From Candidatus Levybacteria bacterium RIFCSPHIGHO2_01_FULL_37_17 (GTDB taxonomy: Bacteria > Patescibacteriota > Microgenomatia > Levybacterales > UBA12049), in NCBI GenBank assembly GCA_001782035.1, contig MFNL01000002.1, positions 1-58,864 on the forward strand: DNA of 58,864 bases, written 5' to 3'. Position numbers and translations under genes: made by a program. Positions 18,152 to 28,253 of this stretch are shown here, one piece after another. The notes beneath the pieces are model-generated. The model worked only from the letters and a program-made list of their open reading frames with translations. It did not search any database and had not been told where the DNA came from. Positions within the stretch are counted from its first letter, which is position 1, and each line of letters starts with the position of its first letter.

Positions 18152-19551
18152 AAAAGAAAAAAATTCATTTCGTTGGTATAAAAGGAGTAGGAATGACTCC
18201 TCTTGCGATTATTGCTAAAGAAGCTGGTTTTATCGTTTCCGGCTGCGATGTAGATGAGGATTTTATAACTGATGAATCCCTACAAAAAGTAGGAATCGTG
18301 CCTTTTGTAGGATTTGAGCCTAAACACGTTGAGGGCATGGATTTAATAATAACAACAGGCGCTCACGGAGGGTTTGAAAACGTAGAAGTGATCAAAGCTA
18401 AAAGGCTTGGAATAGGCGTTTGGACACAGGGCCAAGCAGTAGGAGAATTTATGAATGGAAAAATATTTGGCAGAGTTTTTGATGGAATTTCTATTGCAGG
18501 AAGCCATGGCAAGACAACAACAACGGCAATAATTGCAACAATATTAAAAGAAGCAAAGTTGGATCCGAGTTTTTTAATCGGGACAGGAAATGTTTTTTCT
18601 CTTGGTACGGTTGGTCATCTCGGAAAAGGTAAATTTTTTGTCGCTGAAGCAGACGAGTATGCGACAGAACCTAAATACGATAAAAAACCGAAATTTTTGT
18701 GGCAAAAGCCTAAAATTCTCGTAATCACGAATATAGAATTAGACCACCCGGATTTATTTGAGAACATAGCACAATTAAGCGAAGCTTTTTTATCTTTAAT
18801 TAATAATACCCAAGGAAGTATAATAGCTTGTTTAGACGATAGGCAGTTTCGAGAAATTAAGAAAAAGATTAGCAAAAATACCATAACATACGGGTTTTCA
18901 AAAGATTCAGATTTTGTAATTGATAAGATAAGCACTAAGAAAGACGGTATATTTTTTTGGGCCTCTAATAAAGGAATAAGTCTTGGAGAATTCATGCTCA
19001 ATGTTACAGGTGAGCATAATGCATTAAATGCTATGTCAGCAGTTATAACCTGCCTTGAATTGGGGATTTCAATTAAAGATATAAAGCGCGGTCTTGCCCA
19101 ATTCATGGGTACAAAAAGAAGGTCTGAGTTTATAAGACAACTTGAAGGCGGTGCATTACTTTTCGATGACTATGCTCATCATCCAACCGAAATAGATAAA
19201 ACACTACGAGCATTTAAGCAAAGTTATCCCGATAAGAAAATTTTATGTATTTTTCAGCCACACACATATTCAAGAACAAAAAAATTATTCGAACACTTTA
19301 CTAACTCATTCTATAATGCGGACGAAGTAATATTTGTGGATATTTATTCCTCATTAAGAGAAAAAGCGGATCCTACGATTTCTTCAAAAACACTTAGAGA
19401 TAAGCTCTTTGAAATGGGAGCAAAGGCGCACTATTTTCCAAAACTTTCCGATGTGGTAGAATACGTCGCTTCCAAAGATTACGATAGAAATTGGATTATC
19501 TTAACTATGGGAGCGGGAGACGTTTATAAAATTGAAGACAGCCTAATATAA
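18148..19551 (+). CDS. murC: UDP-N-acetylmuramate--L-alanine ligase
   Basis: 'IHFVGIKGVGMTPLAIIAKEAGFIVSGCD', 'GSHGKTTTTA' and 'DDYAHHPTEI'. Confidence 0.85.
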   Translation: MKKKKIHFVGIKGVGMTPLAIIAKEAGFIVSGCDVDEDFITDESLQKVGIVPFVGFEPKHVEGMDLIITTGAHGGFENVEVIKAKRLGIGVWTQGQAVGEFMNGKIFGRVFDGISIAGSHGKTTTTAIIATILKEAKLDPSFLIGTGNVFSLGTVGHLGKGKFFVAEADEYATEPKYDKKPKFLWQKPKILVITNIELDHPDLFENIAQLSEAFLSLINNTQGSIIACLDDRQFREIKKKISKNTITYGFSKDSDFVIDKISTKKDGIFFWASNKGISLGEFMLNVTGEHNALNAMSAVITCLELGISIKDIKRGLAQFMGTKRRSEFIRQLEGGALLFDDYAHHPTEIDKTLRAFKQSYPDKKILCIFQPHTYSRTKKLFEHFTNSFYNADEVIFVDIYSSLREKADPTISSKTLRDKLFEMGAKAHYFPKLSDVVEYVASKDYDRNWIILTMGAGDVYKIEDSLI

Positions 19552-20883
19552 ATGGAATACTTTGAGATAACAGGAGGCAGGAGGTTGAAAGGAAAAACCA
19601 ACATATTTGGTTCTAAGAATGTGGCATTAAAAGTTATGGTTGCAGCTTGCCTTTCTGAAATTGAATGTGTAATTGAAAATATACCATTAATTTCAGATGT
19701 TCGAATTATGGCAGACATAATAGAACACTTAGGTGGAAAAGTTGTCTTCAAAGACCATAAGCTTTTGGTAAAAATGGAAAAATTTTCAAGTGACAAAATC
19801 TCTCTTGGAAACGCTGCGGAAATAAGAACATCGTATATGTTTCTTGCGCCCTTGCTTGCAAGAGTGGGTACCGCTATTATTCCAAACCCAGGCGGATGCA
19901 GAATAGGAGCAAGGCCCATTGACAGGGTTATTGATGGTCTTAAAAAGATGGGCGTTGAGATTAAATATCAAAGTAAAGACGGATATTTCCATGCTGTGGC
20001 ACCAAATGGTCTTCACGGGACGGTTTATAAATTTGAAAAAAGTACTCATACAGGTACTGAAACGATGATTCTTGCAGCAGTTTTGGCAAAAGGTACAACT
20101 GTGCTTCAGAATGCAGCTCAGGAGCCGGAAGTAGATGAGCTTATCGCATTTCTAAGACGACTAGGCGCAAAAATTCAGCGCGAAAATAAAAGAACAATAG
20201 TTATTCAGGGCGTAAGCAAGCTTTCTGGAGCAAAATTTAAAGTATTTCCCGATAGAAATGAAATTGTAACCTTAGCAGTTGCCGGAATTATCACGGAAGG
20301 GGACGTATTTATTAAAAATGTACAACAAAAAGGCCTTGAAGAATTTTTAGAGATGTTGAATGAAGTAGGAGCAGGATACAAGATTGAGCTTGACGGAATA
20401 AGATTTTTTTATAAAGGCTCATTAAAGGCGGCAAATGTAGTCACGGGCTACTATCCGGGTTTTATGACGGATTGGCAAGGGCCATGGGCAGTTCTTATGA
20501 CAAAAGCAGAGGGCGTTTCAATCCTTCATGAAAGGGTTTATGAAAATCGATTTACCTACGTAGAGGAACTTAAAAAAATGGGAGCTAACATTGAGCTTTT
20601 TAGTCCAGCCGTTGATAACCCTTCAAAATATTACAACTTTAATATTTCAGATGATAAAAAAATTTTTTATCATGCAGCAAAGATAAAAGGACCAAGCGTT
20701 TTGCATAATGCTGTTATGGATATCTCCGATTTACGAGCAGGAGCCACACTCGTTTTAGCTGCACTATCTGCGCAGGGGAAAAGCATTTTATTCGGCCTTG
20801 AATATCTTGATAGAGGTTATGAACAGTTTGAACAAAGACTCAAAAAATTGGGAGCAAATATAAAAAGGGTACAAGAAAATTAA
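19552..20883 (+). CDS. murA: UDP-N-acetylglucosamine 1-carboxyvinyltransferase
   Basis: 'GSKNVALKVMVAACL' and the active-site loop 'NPGGCRIGARPIDR' with the catalytic Cys. Confidence 0.9.
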   Translation: MEYFEITGGRRLKGKTNIFGSKNVALKVMVAACLSEIECVIENIPLISDVRIMADIIEHLGGKVVFKDHKLLVKMEKFSSDKISLGNAAEIRTSYMFLAPLLARVGTAIIPNPGGCRIGARPIDRVIDGLKKMGVEIKYQSKDGYFHAVAPNGLHGTVYKFEKSTHTGTETMILAAVLAKGTTVLQNAAQEPEVDELIAFLRRLGAKIQRENKRTIVIQGVSKLSGAKFKVFPDRNEIVTLAVAGIITEGDVFIKNVQQKGLEEFLEMLNEVGAGYKIELDGIRFFYKGSLKAANVVTGYYPGFMTDWQGPWAVLMTKAEGVSILHERVYENRFTYVEELKKMGANIELFSPAVDNPSKYYNFNISDDKKIFYHAAKIKGPSVLHNAVMDISDLRAGATLVLAALSAQGKSILFGLEYLDRGYEQFEQRLKKLGANIKRVQEN

Positions 20884-20884
20884 G

Positions 20885-21646
20885 ATGAGAAAGTTAAAAG
20901 CGGCAGGTATTATTTTAGCAGCAGGTCAGGGTAAGAGAATGAATTCTACGATAAGCAATAAGGTGACACTTAACCTAGGAGACAAGCCAATGGTAAAAAA
21001 AACAGTTGAAGTTCTAAGGAAAGCTGGTATAAAGCCTATTGTAATAGTCGTTGGGTTTCAGAAAGAATCGGTTACCAATTTATTTAAGAATCAAAAAGAC
21101 ATTATATTCGCAGAACAGCATGATAGGTTAGGAACTGCTCACGCTGCTCAAGAAGGAATGAGAATGTTGCCAAAAAATGTAAAAGATTTTTTTGTTGTAA
21201 ACGGCGATGATTCTGCATTCTACAAACCTGATATCTTTGACAAGCTTTTTTCAGAACATAAGAAAAACAAGAATGCCATTACTTTTTTGACATTAAGAGT
21301 TAAAAATCCATTTGGGCTTGGAAGAATAATAAGAAGTAGACTGGGTAAAGTAGTTGCAATATTTGAAGAAAAAGACGCGTCGGAAAAGCAGCGAAGAATA
21401 AAAGAAATTAACCCTGGCTGTTATCTTTTTAATATAGATTTTTTTAGAAAAAATATTAGCAAAACCCCTAAAAGCAGTGTAACCGGGGAATTTTATATAG
21501 TATCTTTAATTCCTTTGGCCCTTAAAGATGGTAAAAAAGTCGAAGGCATAGATGCGGGACATATACCATGGCGGGGAGTAAATACAAATGAAGAACTTGA
21601 AGAAGCGACCAAGATTTTTTTAGAATTTCAAAAAAGCGAAAGCTAA
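20885..21646 (+). CDS. GlmU-like sugar-1-phosphate nucleotidyltransferase (N-terminal domain only, no LbH acetyltransferase domain)
   Basis: 'GIILAAGQGKRMNS', 'QHDRLGTAHAA', 'NGDDS' and 'EINPGCYLF' align with the GlmU uridylyltransferase domain. 253 aa in total. Confidence 0.7.
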   Translation: MRKLKAAGIILAAGQGKRMNSTISNKVTLNLGDKPMVKKTVEVLRKAGIKPIVIVVGFQKESVTNLFKNQKDIIFAEQHDRLGTAHAAQEGMRMLPKNVKDFFVVNGDDSAFYKPDIFDKLFSEHKKNKNAITFLTLRVKNPFGLGRIIRSRLGKVVAIFEEKDASEKQRRIKEINPGCYLFNIDFFRKNISKTPKSSVTGEFYIVSLIPLALKDGKKVEGIDAGHIPWRGVNTNEELEEATKIFLEFQKSES

Positions 21647-21676
21647 TTGAATCCTGTAGCAGTAAAAGGCTATAAT
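21647..21676 (+). promoter_or_regulatory. Promoter TTGAAT-N18-TATAAT, 7 nt before ATG 21684 (mraY)
   Basis: TTGAAT at 21647-21652 and TATAAT at 21671-21676. Confidence 0.6.
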
Positions 21677-21683
21677 AATTACT

Positions 21684-22697
21684 ATGTCACAGATTTTGGG
21701 GATTTCTCTTCTTTCCATCATTATTACATTCATCTTAATAATCCCGTTTATTGATTTTCTGTATAAGTTAAAGCTTAGAAGACAGCACCAGCAGACCGTA
21801 GACGTTTTTAATAAACCTACTCCCCTTTTTGACAAATTCAATGCTTGGAAAGTTGGCACGCCGTTTGGGGGAGGGCTTTTAATTATTTTTATAGTATCGA
21901 TTTTATTTCTTTGGTCGTTGGCAATTTTTTCGGTTAATTTTAACTTTTGGCAAACATTCACAATTCTATTTACTCTTATAAGCTTCGGGGCTCTTGGGCT
22001 ATATGATGATGCTAAAAAACTGGTTAATTCATCGGAAAAATATTCGTTTTTTGGGATGAGACTCAGGCACAAATTAATAATACAGTGGATTTTGGCGTTG
22101 GTTCCCGCGGTAATTTTATATTACCAATTAGGCTACAACATTTTATTTATAAGAGGAATAGGAACCATTGATATCGGCCTACTTTATATACCTTTCGCTG
22201 CTTTTGTAATTGTATCGTTTGCAAATGCATTTAATATAGCAGATGGACTTGATGGTCTCGCATCGGGCCTGCTTTTGATTTGCCTTGCGGCTTTTCTTGC
22301 TATTTCCTATTCCATTGTAGACCAAGGCCTCGGTATTTTTATAGCAATATTGATAGGGTCGGTTGGGGCCTTTTTGTATTTTAATATATATAAGGCAAGG
22401 ATATGGCTGGGAGATGTCGGATCTATGTCTCTTGGAGCTTCTCTTGGGATTATAGGGCTTTTAACCGGCAAGCCCCTTGCAATAGCCATAATTGGAGGCG
22501 TTTTCGTTATAGAAATAGGGTCCTCCCTTATTCAGATAGTTAGCAAAAAGTTTTTTAATAAAAAGATCCTTCCCGTTGCCCCCTTTCATCTTTATTTTCT
22601 TAAAAGAGGATGGGATGAGCCAAAAGTGGTGATGCGTGGTTGGTTATTAGGAGTTTTTTTTGCAGTTTTGGGCCTTTTCCTCGCCTTTTCTCAATAA
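21684..22697 (+). CDS. mraY: Phospho-N-acetylmuramoyl-pentapeptide-transferase
   Basis: Polytopic protein with 'NAFNIADGLDGLASG' and 'LGDVGSMSLGA' motifs. Confidence 0.9.
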   Translation: MSQILGISLLSIIITFILIIPFIDFLYKLKLRRQHQQTVDVFNKPTPLFDKFNAWKVGTPFGGGLLIIFIVSILFLWSLAIFSVNFNFWQTFTILFTLISFGALGLYDDAKKLVNSSEKYSFFGMRLRHKLIIQWILALVPAVILYYQLGYNILFIRGIGTIDIGLLYIPFAAFVIVSFANAFNIADGLDGLASGLLLICLAAFLAISYSIVDQGLGIFIAILIGSVGAFLYFNIYKARIWLGDVGSMSLGASLGIIGLLTGKPLAIAIIGGVFVIEIGSSLIQIVSKKFFNKKILPVAPFHLYFLKRGWDEPKVVMRGWLLGVFFAVLGLFLAFSQ

Positions 22698-23765
22698 ATG
22701 AAAAAAACCGATTTAGTGCTTATTGCAAGCGTAATATTTTTAACAATTTTTGGGCTTTTTATGATTTATGACGCTTCTTCCTTTGTTGCTTTTAGAGATT
22801 TTTCGGATAAATATCATTTTGTAAAGGACCAGATTTTCTGGGTATTTTTGGGAATTACATCTTTAATATTTTTTGCAAACTTTGATTATCATAGGCTGTA
22901 TAATCTGGCAATTCCCGCTCTTCTTGCTTCAATTGCACTCCTTTTTATGGTTTTTATTCCAGGCCTTGGATTGAAGCTTTTAGGAGCAAGCAGGTGGGTT
23001 GATTTTAAATTTTTTACGCTGCAACCTTCCGAGGTTGTAAAATTAACTCTTGCAATATATTTATCCGCGTGGTTCTCTAATAAAGAGAAAGGTAGACTTC
23101 GTGCTTTTCTTCTCCTAGTTGGGTTAATTCTTTCTTTAGTTGTTATGCAACCAGATATGGGTACATCAATTATTATCCTTGCCGAAGCAGTGACCGTTTA
23201 CTTTTTATCAGGTGCAAATATTTTGCATCTTTTAATACTTGCACCAATAACTTTTATAATAGGAACTATTGTTGCAATTATAGAGCCTTATAGGCTGCAA
23301 AGAATTTATACATTTTTTAATTCGAATCAAGATATTGCTAATTCTTCATATCATGTCAGGCAGATTTTGATCGCTCTTGGCTCAGGTGGACTTATTGGAG
23401 TGGGACTGGGAAACTCATTACAAAAATATGCATATCTTCCCGAAAACGCAACTGATTCAATTTTTGCAATTATTGCCGAGGAACTTGGGTTTATAGGAGC
23501 CTTGGCGATAATTTTAATTTTTGTAACAGTAATAATTAGAGGATTTAGAATTTCAGCCATGGCCAAAGATTTGTTCGGCAAGCTTTTGTCTGGTGGAATA
23601 TGCGCTTTTCTTGCGACACAAATTATTCTAAATCTCGGAAGCCAGACCGCTTTGATTCCGCTAACTGGCGTGCCGTTACCATTTATATCGCACGGTGGAA
23701 CGTCTCTTATTATTAATTTAACCTCCATTGGAATACTTCTTAATATTAAAAAACAGAGCACATGA
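22698..23765 (+). CDS. ftsW: SEDS-family peptidoglycan glycosyltransferase FtsW
   Basis: 'QPSEVVKL', 'QPDMGT' and 'PLPFISHGGTSL' motifs. Canonical dcw position. Confidence 0.85.
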   Translation: MKKTDLVLIASVIFLTIFGLFMIYDASSFVAFRDFSDKYHFVKDQIFWVFLGITSLIFFANFDYHRLYNLAIPALLASIALLFMVFIPGLGLKLLGASRWVDFKFFTLQPSEVVKLTLAIYLSAWFSNKEKGRLRAFLLLVGLILSLVVMQPDMGTSIIILAEAVTVYFLSGANILHLLILAPITFIIGTIVAIIEPYRLQRIYTFFNSNQDIANSSYHVRQILIALGSGGLIGVGLGNSLQKYAYLPENATDSIFAIIAEELGFIGALAIILIFVTVIIRGFRISAMAKDLFGKLLSGGICAFLATQIILNLGSQTALIPLTGVPLPFISHGGTSLIINLTSIGILLNIKKQST

Positions 23766-24862
23766 AAGTTTTAGTTATAGGAGGACATTTCTCTCCTGCA
23801 ATATCAGTCATAGAAAGTCTGCAAAGCCATAAAATTTATTATATTGGCAGAAAGTATGCCCTGGAAGGGGATAATGCCATTTCCCTTGAGGCGTTGGAGA
23901 TGAGAAAGCGCGCAGTTCCTTTTTTCAATTTAAATACGGGTAGACTTCAGCGTAAGTTTACAACATACACGATTCCCTCTCTTCTTAAACTACCATTAGG
24001 TTTTTACGAAAGTACTAAAATTTTACGCCAGATTAGACCCGATATTGTTTTGGGCTTCGGCGGATACGTTCAGCTTCCCATTATAATGGTGGCAAAGCTT
24101 TTTAAGATACCTTCAGTAATTCATGAACAAACTTTTGACGCGGGCCTTTCCAATAGAGCTATGGGAAGGTTAGTTTCTAAAGTCTGCATTTCTTGGGAAA
24201 CTTCACGAAAATATTTTCCGAAAGGGAAGGTTGTTTTAACAGGTCTGCCAATTAGGAAAAAATTAGCAGATTTGAAAAAAGAAAAATTTGCTAAAAATTC
24301 TCTTCCGCTTTTATATATAACTGGTGGAAGTTTGGGTTCCCATACGATTAACAAGTATGTTCAGTTAAGTTTGAAAGACTTGTTGCAAAAATTCGCAATA
24401 GTTCATCAAACAGGTGATTCGCAAGTTTTTAAAGATTTTGAAAGCTTAACAAATATTAAGAACAATTTTTTGAAAGCAAAATCTAAATCTTATACCATTA
24501 AAAAATTTTTATCGTCAAATGACGCCTCATATTTAATGAGGAAAGCAGATATAGTTATTTCACGTGCAGGAATAAATACAGTTGCAGAACTCTTGTATTT
24601 TGAAAAACCTTCTTTTCTTATCCCAATTTCATATTCTCAAAGTAACGAACAAGTTAAGAATGCTGAGTTTCTTAAGGCACAAGGTTTGGCGGAGGTTTAT
24701 GATGAGAATCACTTGACGCCGAAAGAATTTAAAGAGAAACTCTTTAATATGTATTCAAATCTTTCAAAGTATGAAAAGAAAAAAAATGACTTTAATTTTG
24801 AAACAGCAGCTCAGAAGATTGTAGAGGTACTCGAGGATGTTTATAAAAAAGAAAAGCATTAG
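23762..24862 (+). CDS. murG: UDP-GlcNAc:lipid I N-acetylglucosaminyltransferase MurG
   Basis: 'VLVIGGHFSPA', 'HEQT', 'ITGGSLGSHTIN' and 'ISRAGINTVAELL'. Confidence 0.8.
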   Translation: MKVLVIGGHFSPAISVIESLQSHKIYYIGRKYALEGDNAISLEALEMRKRAVPFFNLNTGRLQRKFTTYTIPSLLKLPLGFYESTKILRQIRPDIVLGFGGYVQLPIIMVAKLFKIPSVIHEQTFDAGLSNRAMGRLVSKVCISWETSRKYFPKGKVVLTGLPIRKKLADLKKEKFAKNSLPLLYITGGSLGSHTINKYVQLSLKDLLQKFAIVHQTGDSQVFKDFESLTNIKNNFLKAKSKSYTIKKFLSSNDASYLMRKADIVISRAGINTVAELLYFEKPSFLIPISYSQSNEQVKNAEFLKAQGLAEVYDENHLTPKEFKEKLFNMYSNLSKYEKKKNDFNFETAAQKIVEVLEDVYKKEKH

Positions 24863-25253
24863 GAGAGAGGGCAAATACTGGAACTTTAAAAACACCTTAG
24901 GACTTCTTATTTTTGCAGTATCGATATCTTTATTTTCTTCTTTTATCTATTTACGTTTTTTCCAAGATAGTGGATTTTACATTAACCCCCTACTTCCTCA
25001 AGGTATTTACTCCAACGAGGTTGTGGAAAAAAAATTGAACGAAAAAAGAATTGAGTTCAAAAAAATTACGCAAGAAGAAGGCGCTGTTAGAGTTATCTTA
25101 AAAGATGATAGCGAGGTAATTTTTTCCTCAAAAAAAGACATTGGGACCCAAGTATCCTCTTTACAACTAACTCTTTCAAGACTTACAATAGATGGGAAGA
25201 AGCTTAAAATCATTGATTTTAGGTTTAGTAATCCTGTAATTTCTTTTAGATAA
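24837..25253 (+). CDS. Short FtsQ/DivIB-like protein
   Basis: 138 aa with a basic N-terminus plus one TM helix and a C-terminal 'IIDFRFSNPVISF' (FtsQ-like). Position between murG and ftsA. Overlaps murG by 26 nt, so the start is uncertain. Confidence 0.45.
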   Translation: MFIKKKSIRREGKYWNFKNTLGLLIFAVSISLFSSFIYLRFFQDSGFYINPLLPQGIYSNEVVEKKLNEKRIEFKKITQEEGAVRVILKDDSEVIFSSKKDIGTQVSSLQLTLSRLTIDGKKLKIIDFRFSNPVISFR

Positions 25254-25255
25254 AA

Positions 25256-26536
25256 ATGAGTGAAGGAAAAATTGTTGTAGGAGTTGATATTGGAACATCT
25301 AAAGTGGTTTCCGTAATTGCCAAGGTTGACGAATATATTAATATTTTAGGAGTTTCCGAAGTGCCCTCGGGTGGGGTTAAGAAAGGACAAATTGTTCACA
25401 TTGAAGATGCTGTTGCGTCTATAAACAGTTCGCTTGAAGCCGCAGAGCGGATGGCAGGATATTCAGCTTCTCATATTATTGCATCAATTAACGGGAGCCA
25501 TATTGAGTCTCAAAATAGTCGCGGAGTTGTTGCAGTTGCAAGGCCGGAAGGAGAAATATCGGATAGCGATCTGTCTAGAGTTATTGATGCCGCTAGAGCA
25601 GTCTCTCTTCCTTCCTCAAGGGAAATCATCCACGTTTTGCCAAGAAGCTATTTTGTCGATGGTCAAGAGGGAATAAAAGATCCAACCGGTATGACTGGAA
25701 TAAGACTCGAGGTTGATACGCATATAATCAGCGCCAACAGCGTTTCGATTCGCAATATGGAAAGAGCATTCTCTGAAGTAGGCGTTGACATGGATGCCGT
25801 AGTTTTTTCTGGCTATGCTAGCTCTCTTTCAGCTCTATCCGATACAGAAAAAGAGCTAGGAGTGGTTTTAGTAGATTTGGGAGCGGGAACAACCAGCATT
25901 ACTATTTATGTTGAAGGGGCAGCTTCTTATTCTTCAGTTATTCCAATAGGAGCGAGACACATAACAAACGACTTGGCCATAGGACTTAGGATTTCCTTGG
26001 AGTCGGCAGAAAAAATAAAACTACATTTTTCAAATCCTAATAAAAAATTAAAACCGGACGAGGAAGAGCCTGTTGAAAGATTTTCCGATGAAATAGATTT
26101 ATCCCCATTAAATTTAGCAGAGGAGTTAAAGAAAGTCTCAAAAAAAACATTAGTGGACGGTATCATAAGGCCGCGACTTAATGAATTGTTTACAATGGTC
26201 GGTATCGAGCTTAAAAAAAGCGGGTTCGCCGGCCAGACCCCGGCAGGTTTAGTTTTAACAGGAGGTGGGGCAAGAACAGTTGGAGCAACTGAGGCTGCCA
26301 AAAGAATGCTTGCAATGCCTGTTAGAGTCGGTTTGCCAAACAACTTAAAGGGGATAATCGATGAAGTTCAGGAACCTTCTTTTTCAACTGTTATTGGTCT
26401 TATAAAGTATGGTGCAAATATAGATATTCCAAGCAATCTTCCTTTTGGAATCTCACTGCCTGCGATCCCAAACCTTCGATTCGATAGTAAAATTATCTCT
26501 AAAATTGTATCTTTTTTTAAATCTTTCCTTCCCTGA
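25256..26536 (+). CDS. ftsA: Cell division protein FtsA
   Basis: Actin-fold motifs 'VGVDIGTSKV', 'VLVDLGAGTTSITIY' and 'LVLTGGGA'. Confidence 0.9.
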   Translation: MSEGKIVVGVDIGTSKVVSVIAKVDEYINILGVSEVPSGGVKKGQIVHIEDAVASINSSLEAAERMAGYSASHIIASINGSHIESQNSRGVVAVARPEGEISDSDLSRVIDAARAVSLPSSREIIHVLPRSYFVDGQEGIKDPTGMTGIRLEVDTHIISANSVSIRNMERAFSEVGVDMDAVVFSGYASSLSALSDTEKELGVVLVDLGAGTTSITIYVEGAASYSSVIPIGARHITNDLAIGLRISLESAEKIKLHFSNPNKKLKPDEEEPVERFSDEIDLSPLNLAEELKKVSKKTLVDGIIRPRLNELFTMVGIELKKSGFAGQTPAGLVLTGGGARTVGATEAAKRMLAMPVRVGLPNNLKGIIDEVQEPSFSTVIGLIKYGANIDIPSNLPFGISLPAIPNLRFDSKIISKIVSFFKSFLP

Positions 26537-26544
26537 TTATGTTC

Positions 26545-26573
26545 TTGCAAATACAAACTATATCTGATAGTAT
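26545..26573 (+). promoter_or_regulatory. Promoter TTGCAA-N17-TAGTAT upstream of ftsZ
   Basis: TTGCAA at 26545-26550 and TAGTAT at 26568-26573. The predicted 5' UTR is ~9 nt with no SD. Confidence 0.5.
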
Positions 26574-26588
26574 TCCTTTAATTTCGTT

Positions 26589-27701
26589 ATGTTAATAAAA
26601 CCTCAGACAACAAATTTTGCAAAGATAAGGGTAATTGGAATTGGAGGAGGAGGTGGAAACGCCCTTAACTCTATGATTTCACAAAGCAACATTGTGGGGG
26701 TAGATTTTATATCCGTAAACACAGATGCCCAATCACTTCTTATGAACCAGGCCGCAACCAAGCTTCAAATCGGAGAAGACCTAACTAAAGGACTAGGTTC
26801 AGGAGGAAATCCGGATGTCGGAAGAGAGGCGGCAGAAGAGTCTTATGAAAAAATCAAAGAATTGATAGATGGAACCGATATGCTTTTCTTGACTGCAGGA
26901 ATGGGTGGCGGAACAGGAACAGGCTCCACTCCTATCATTGCCAAAGCTGCAAAAGAACTTAACATTTTAACTGTTGCAGTGGTAACAAAACCTTTTGCTT
27001 TTGAGGGGACAAGAAGAATGGTGGCAGCAGAAGATGGTATAGAAGAGCTTAAGGATAAAGTCGACACTCTTATTATTATTCCAAATCAGCGAATTTTGGA
27101 TGTTGTGGATAAAAAACTATCCTTACTTGAGGCATTTAAAGTTGCGGATTCTGTTTTAACACAAGGAGTTCAGGGAATTTCAGAGCTTATTACTCAACCG
27201 GGATTAATTAATGTCGATTTTGCAGATGTTAAAACAATAATGCAAAACGCGGGCTCTTCCCTTATGGGAATCGGAACGGGTGTAGGAGAAAACAGGGCCC
27301 AAACTGCGGCTCGTGCTGCGGTTGCCTCTCCGCTTCTTGAGATTTCTATGCAAGGAGCGCGTGGGGTATTATTTAATATTACCGGTGGACCGGATTTAAC
27401 AATGAGTGAAGTTGATGAAGCGGCAAAAATTATTGCATCCGAAGCAGATCCGGACGCAAATATAATTTTCGGCGCAACAATTGATGACTCTATGCATGAT
27501 CAATTAAAAATAACTGTTGTTGCAACAGGCTTTGACCAAACGAGGCAAGTCTTAAAGGAATTTGTAAATCCGAGCTTTACTGCAGAACAGCCTAGTCAAG
27601 TCCAAAACTCATCCGACCAGGTTCCGCCGCCTGTAGAGCCGCCAGTTGAGGAAGAAGACGACGCTTGGGACATCCCCGCATTCTTAAGGAATAAGAACTA
27701 G
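26589..27701 (+). CDS. ftsZ: Cell division GTPase FtsZ
   Basis: '[11 protein letters not shown]' and '[12 protein letters not shown]' tubulin signatures. Acidic C-terminal tail ending 'DIPAFLRNK'. Confidence 0.95.
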   Translation: MLIKPQTTNFAKIRVIGIGGGGGNALNSMISQSNIVGVDFISVNTDAQSLLMNQAATKLQIGEDLTKGLGSGGNPDVGREAAEESYEKIKELIDGTDMLFLTAGMGGGTGTGSTPIIAKAAKELNILTVAVVTKPFAFEGTRRMVAAEDGIEELKDKVDTLIIIPNQRILDVVDKKLSLLEAFKVADSVLTQGVQGISELITQPGLINVDFADVKTIMQNAGSSLMGIGTGVGENRAQTAARAAVASPLLEISMQGARGVLFNITGGPDLTMSEVDEAAKIIASEADPDANIIFGATIDDSMHDQLKITVVATGFDQTRQVLKEFVNPSFTAEQPSQVQNSSDQVPPPVEPPVEEEDDAWDIPAFLRNKN

Positions 27702-27751
27702 ATACTTATTAAGTTTAAAATTAAATTCTGTTGTTTTAACCTCGTATTTAC

Positions 27752-27760
27752 TGATATAAT
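27752..27760 (+). promoter_or_regulatory. Extended -10 promoter TGaTATAAT, 6 nt before GTG 27767
   Basis: Read directly. Weak -35 TTGTTT at 27731-27736 (spacer 18). Confidence 0.5.
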
Positions 27761-27766
27761 TTATTT

Positions 27767-28246
27767 GTGAACAGGGGCTTGGCTATCGTTTTTGGTGTTA
27801 TAGGAATATTGTTAGTCGCAATCGTTTTATACAATTCTATTCAAGCCAAAAACATTACTCAAGATAGACAAACTGAGGAAATTTCTCCTGTTCCGACCAA
27901 TTCCATTATGGAAGAAAATCAAAATTTAAAAATAGAAGACATAAAAGAGGGTGAAGGTGAACCCGTTAAAGAAGGGGACACTGTAGAAGTAAACTATACA
28001 GGAACGTTAACTAATGGAATAAAATTTGATAGTTCTTATGATCACGGACAAACTTTTAAATTTGCAGTTGGCTCTGGAGAGGTAATAGAGGGATGGGATA
28101 AGGGGTTGATTGGAATGAAAAAAAGTGGAGTAAGAAAACTTACAATTCCACCAACCTTGGGATATGGTGAACAAGGCGCAGGTAACGTAATCCCTCCGAA
28201 CTCCACCCTTATTTTTCAAATAGAACTTGTTTCAATTAATCCCTAA
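27767..28246 (+). CDS. Membrane-anchored FKBP-type peptidyl-prolyl cis-trans isomerase
   Basis: N-terminal TM helix, then 'VEVNYTGTLTNGIKFDSSYDHGQTFKFAVGSGEVIEGWDKGL...LIFQIELV'. Confidence 0.85.
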   Translation: MNRGLAIVFGVIGILLVAIVLYNSIQAKNITQDRQTEEISPVPTNSIMEENQNLKIEDIKEGEGEPVKEGDTVEVNYTGTLTNGIKFDSSYDHGQTFKFAVGSGEVIEGWDKGLIGMKKSGVRKLTIPPTLGYGEQGAGNVIPPNSTLIFQIELVSINP

Positions 28247-28253
28247 GCATTTT

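Noticed and set aside
28227-28253. Upstream extension of ileS (track start 28227)
   Set aside because: It overlaps the FKBP gene by 20 nt. The ATG at 28254 lies just after the FKBP stop codon and is the more parsimonious start. This cannot be proven without homolog alignment.
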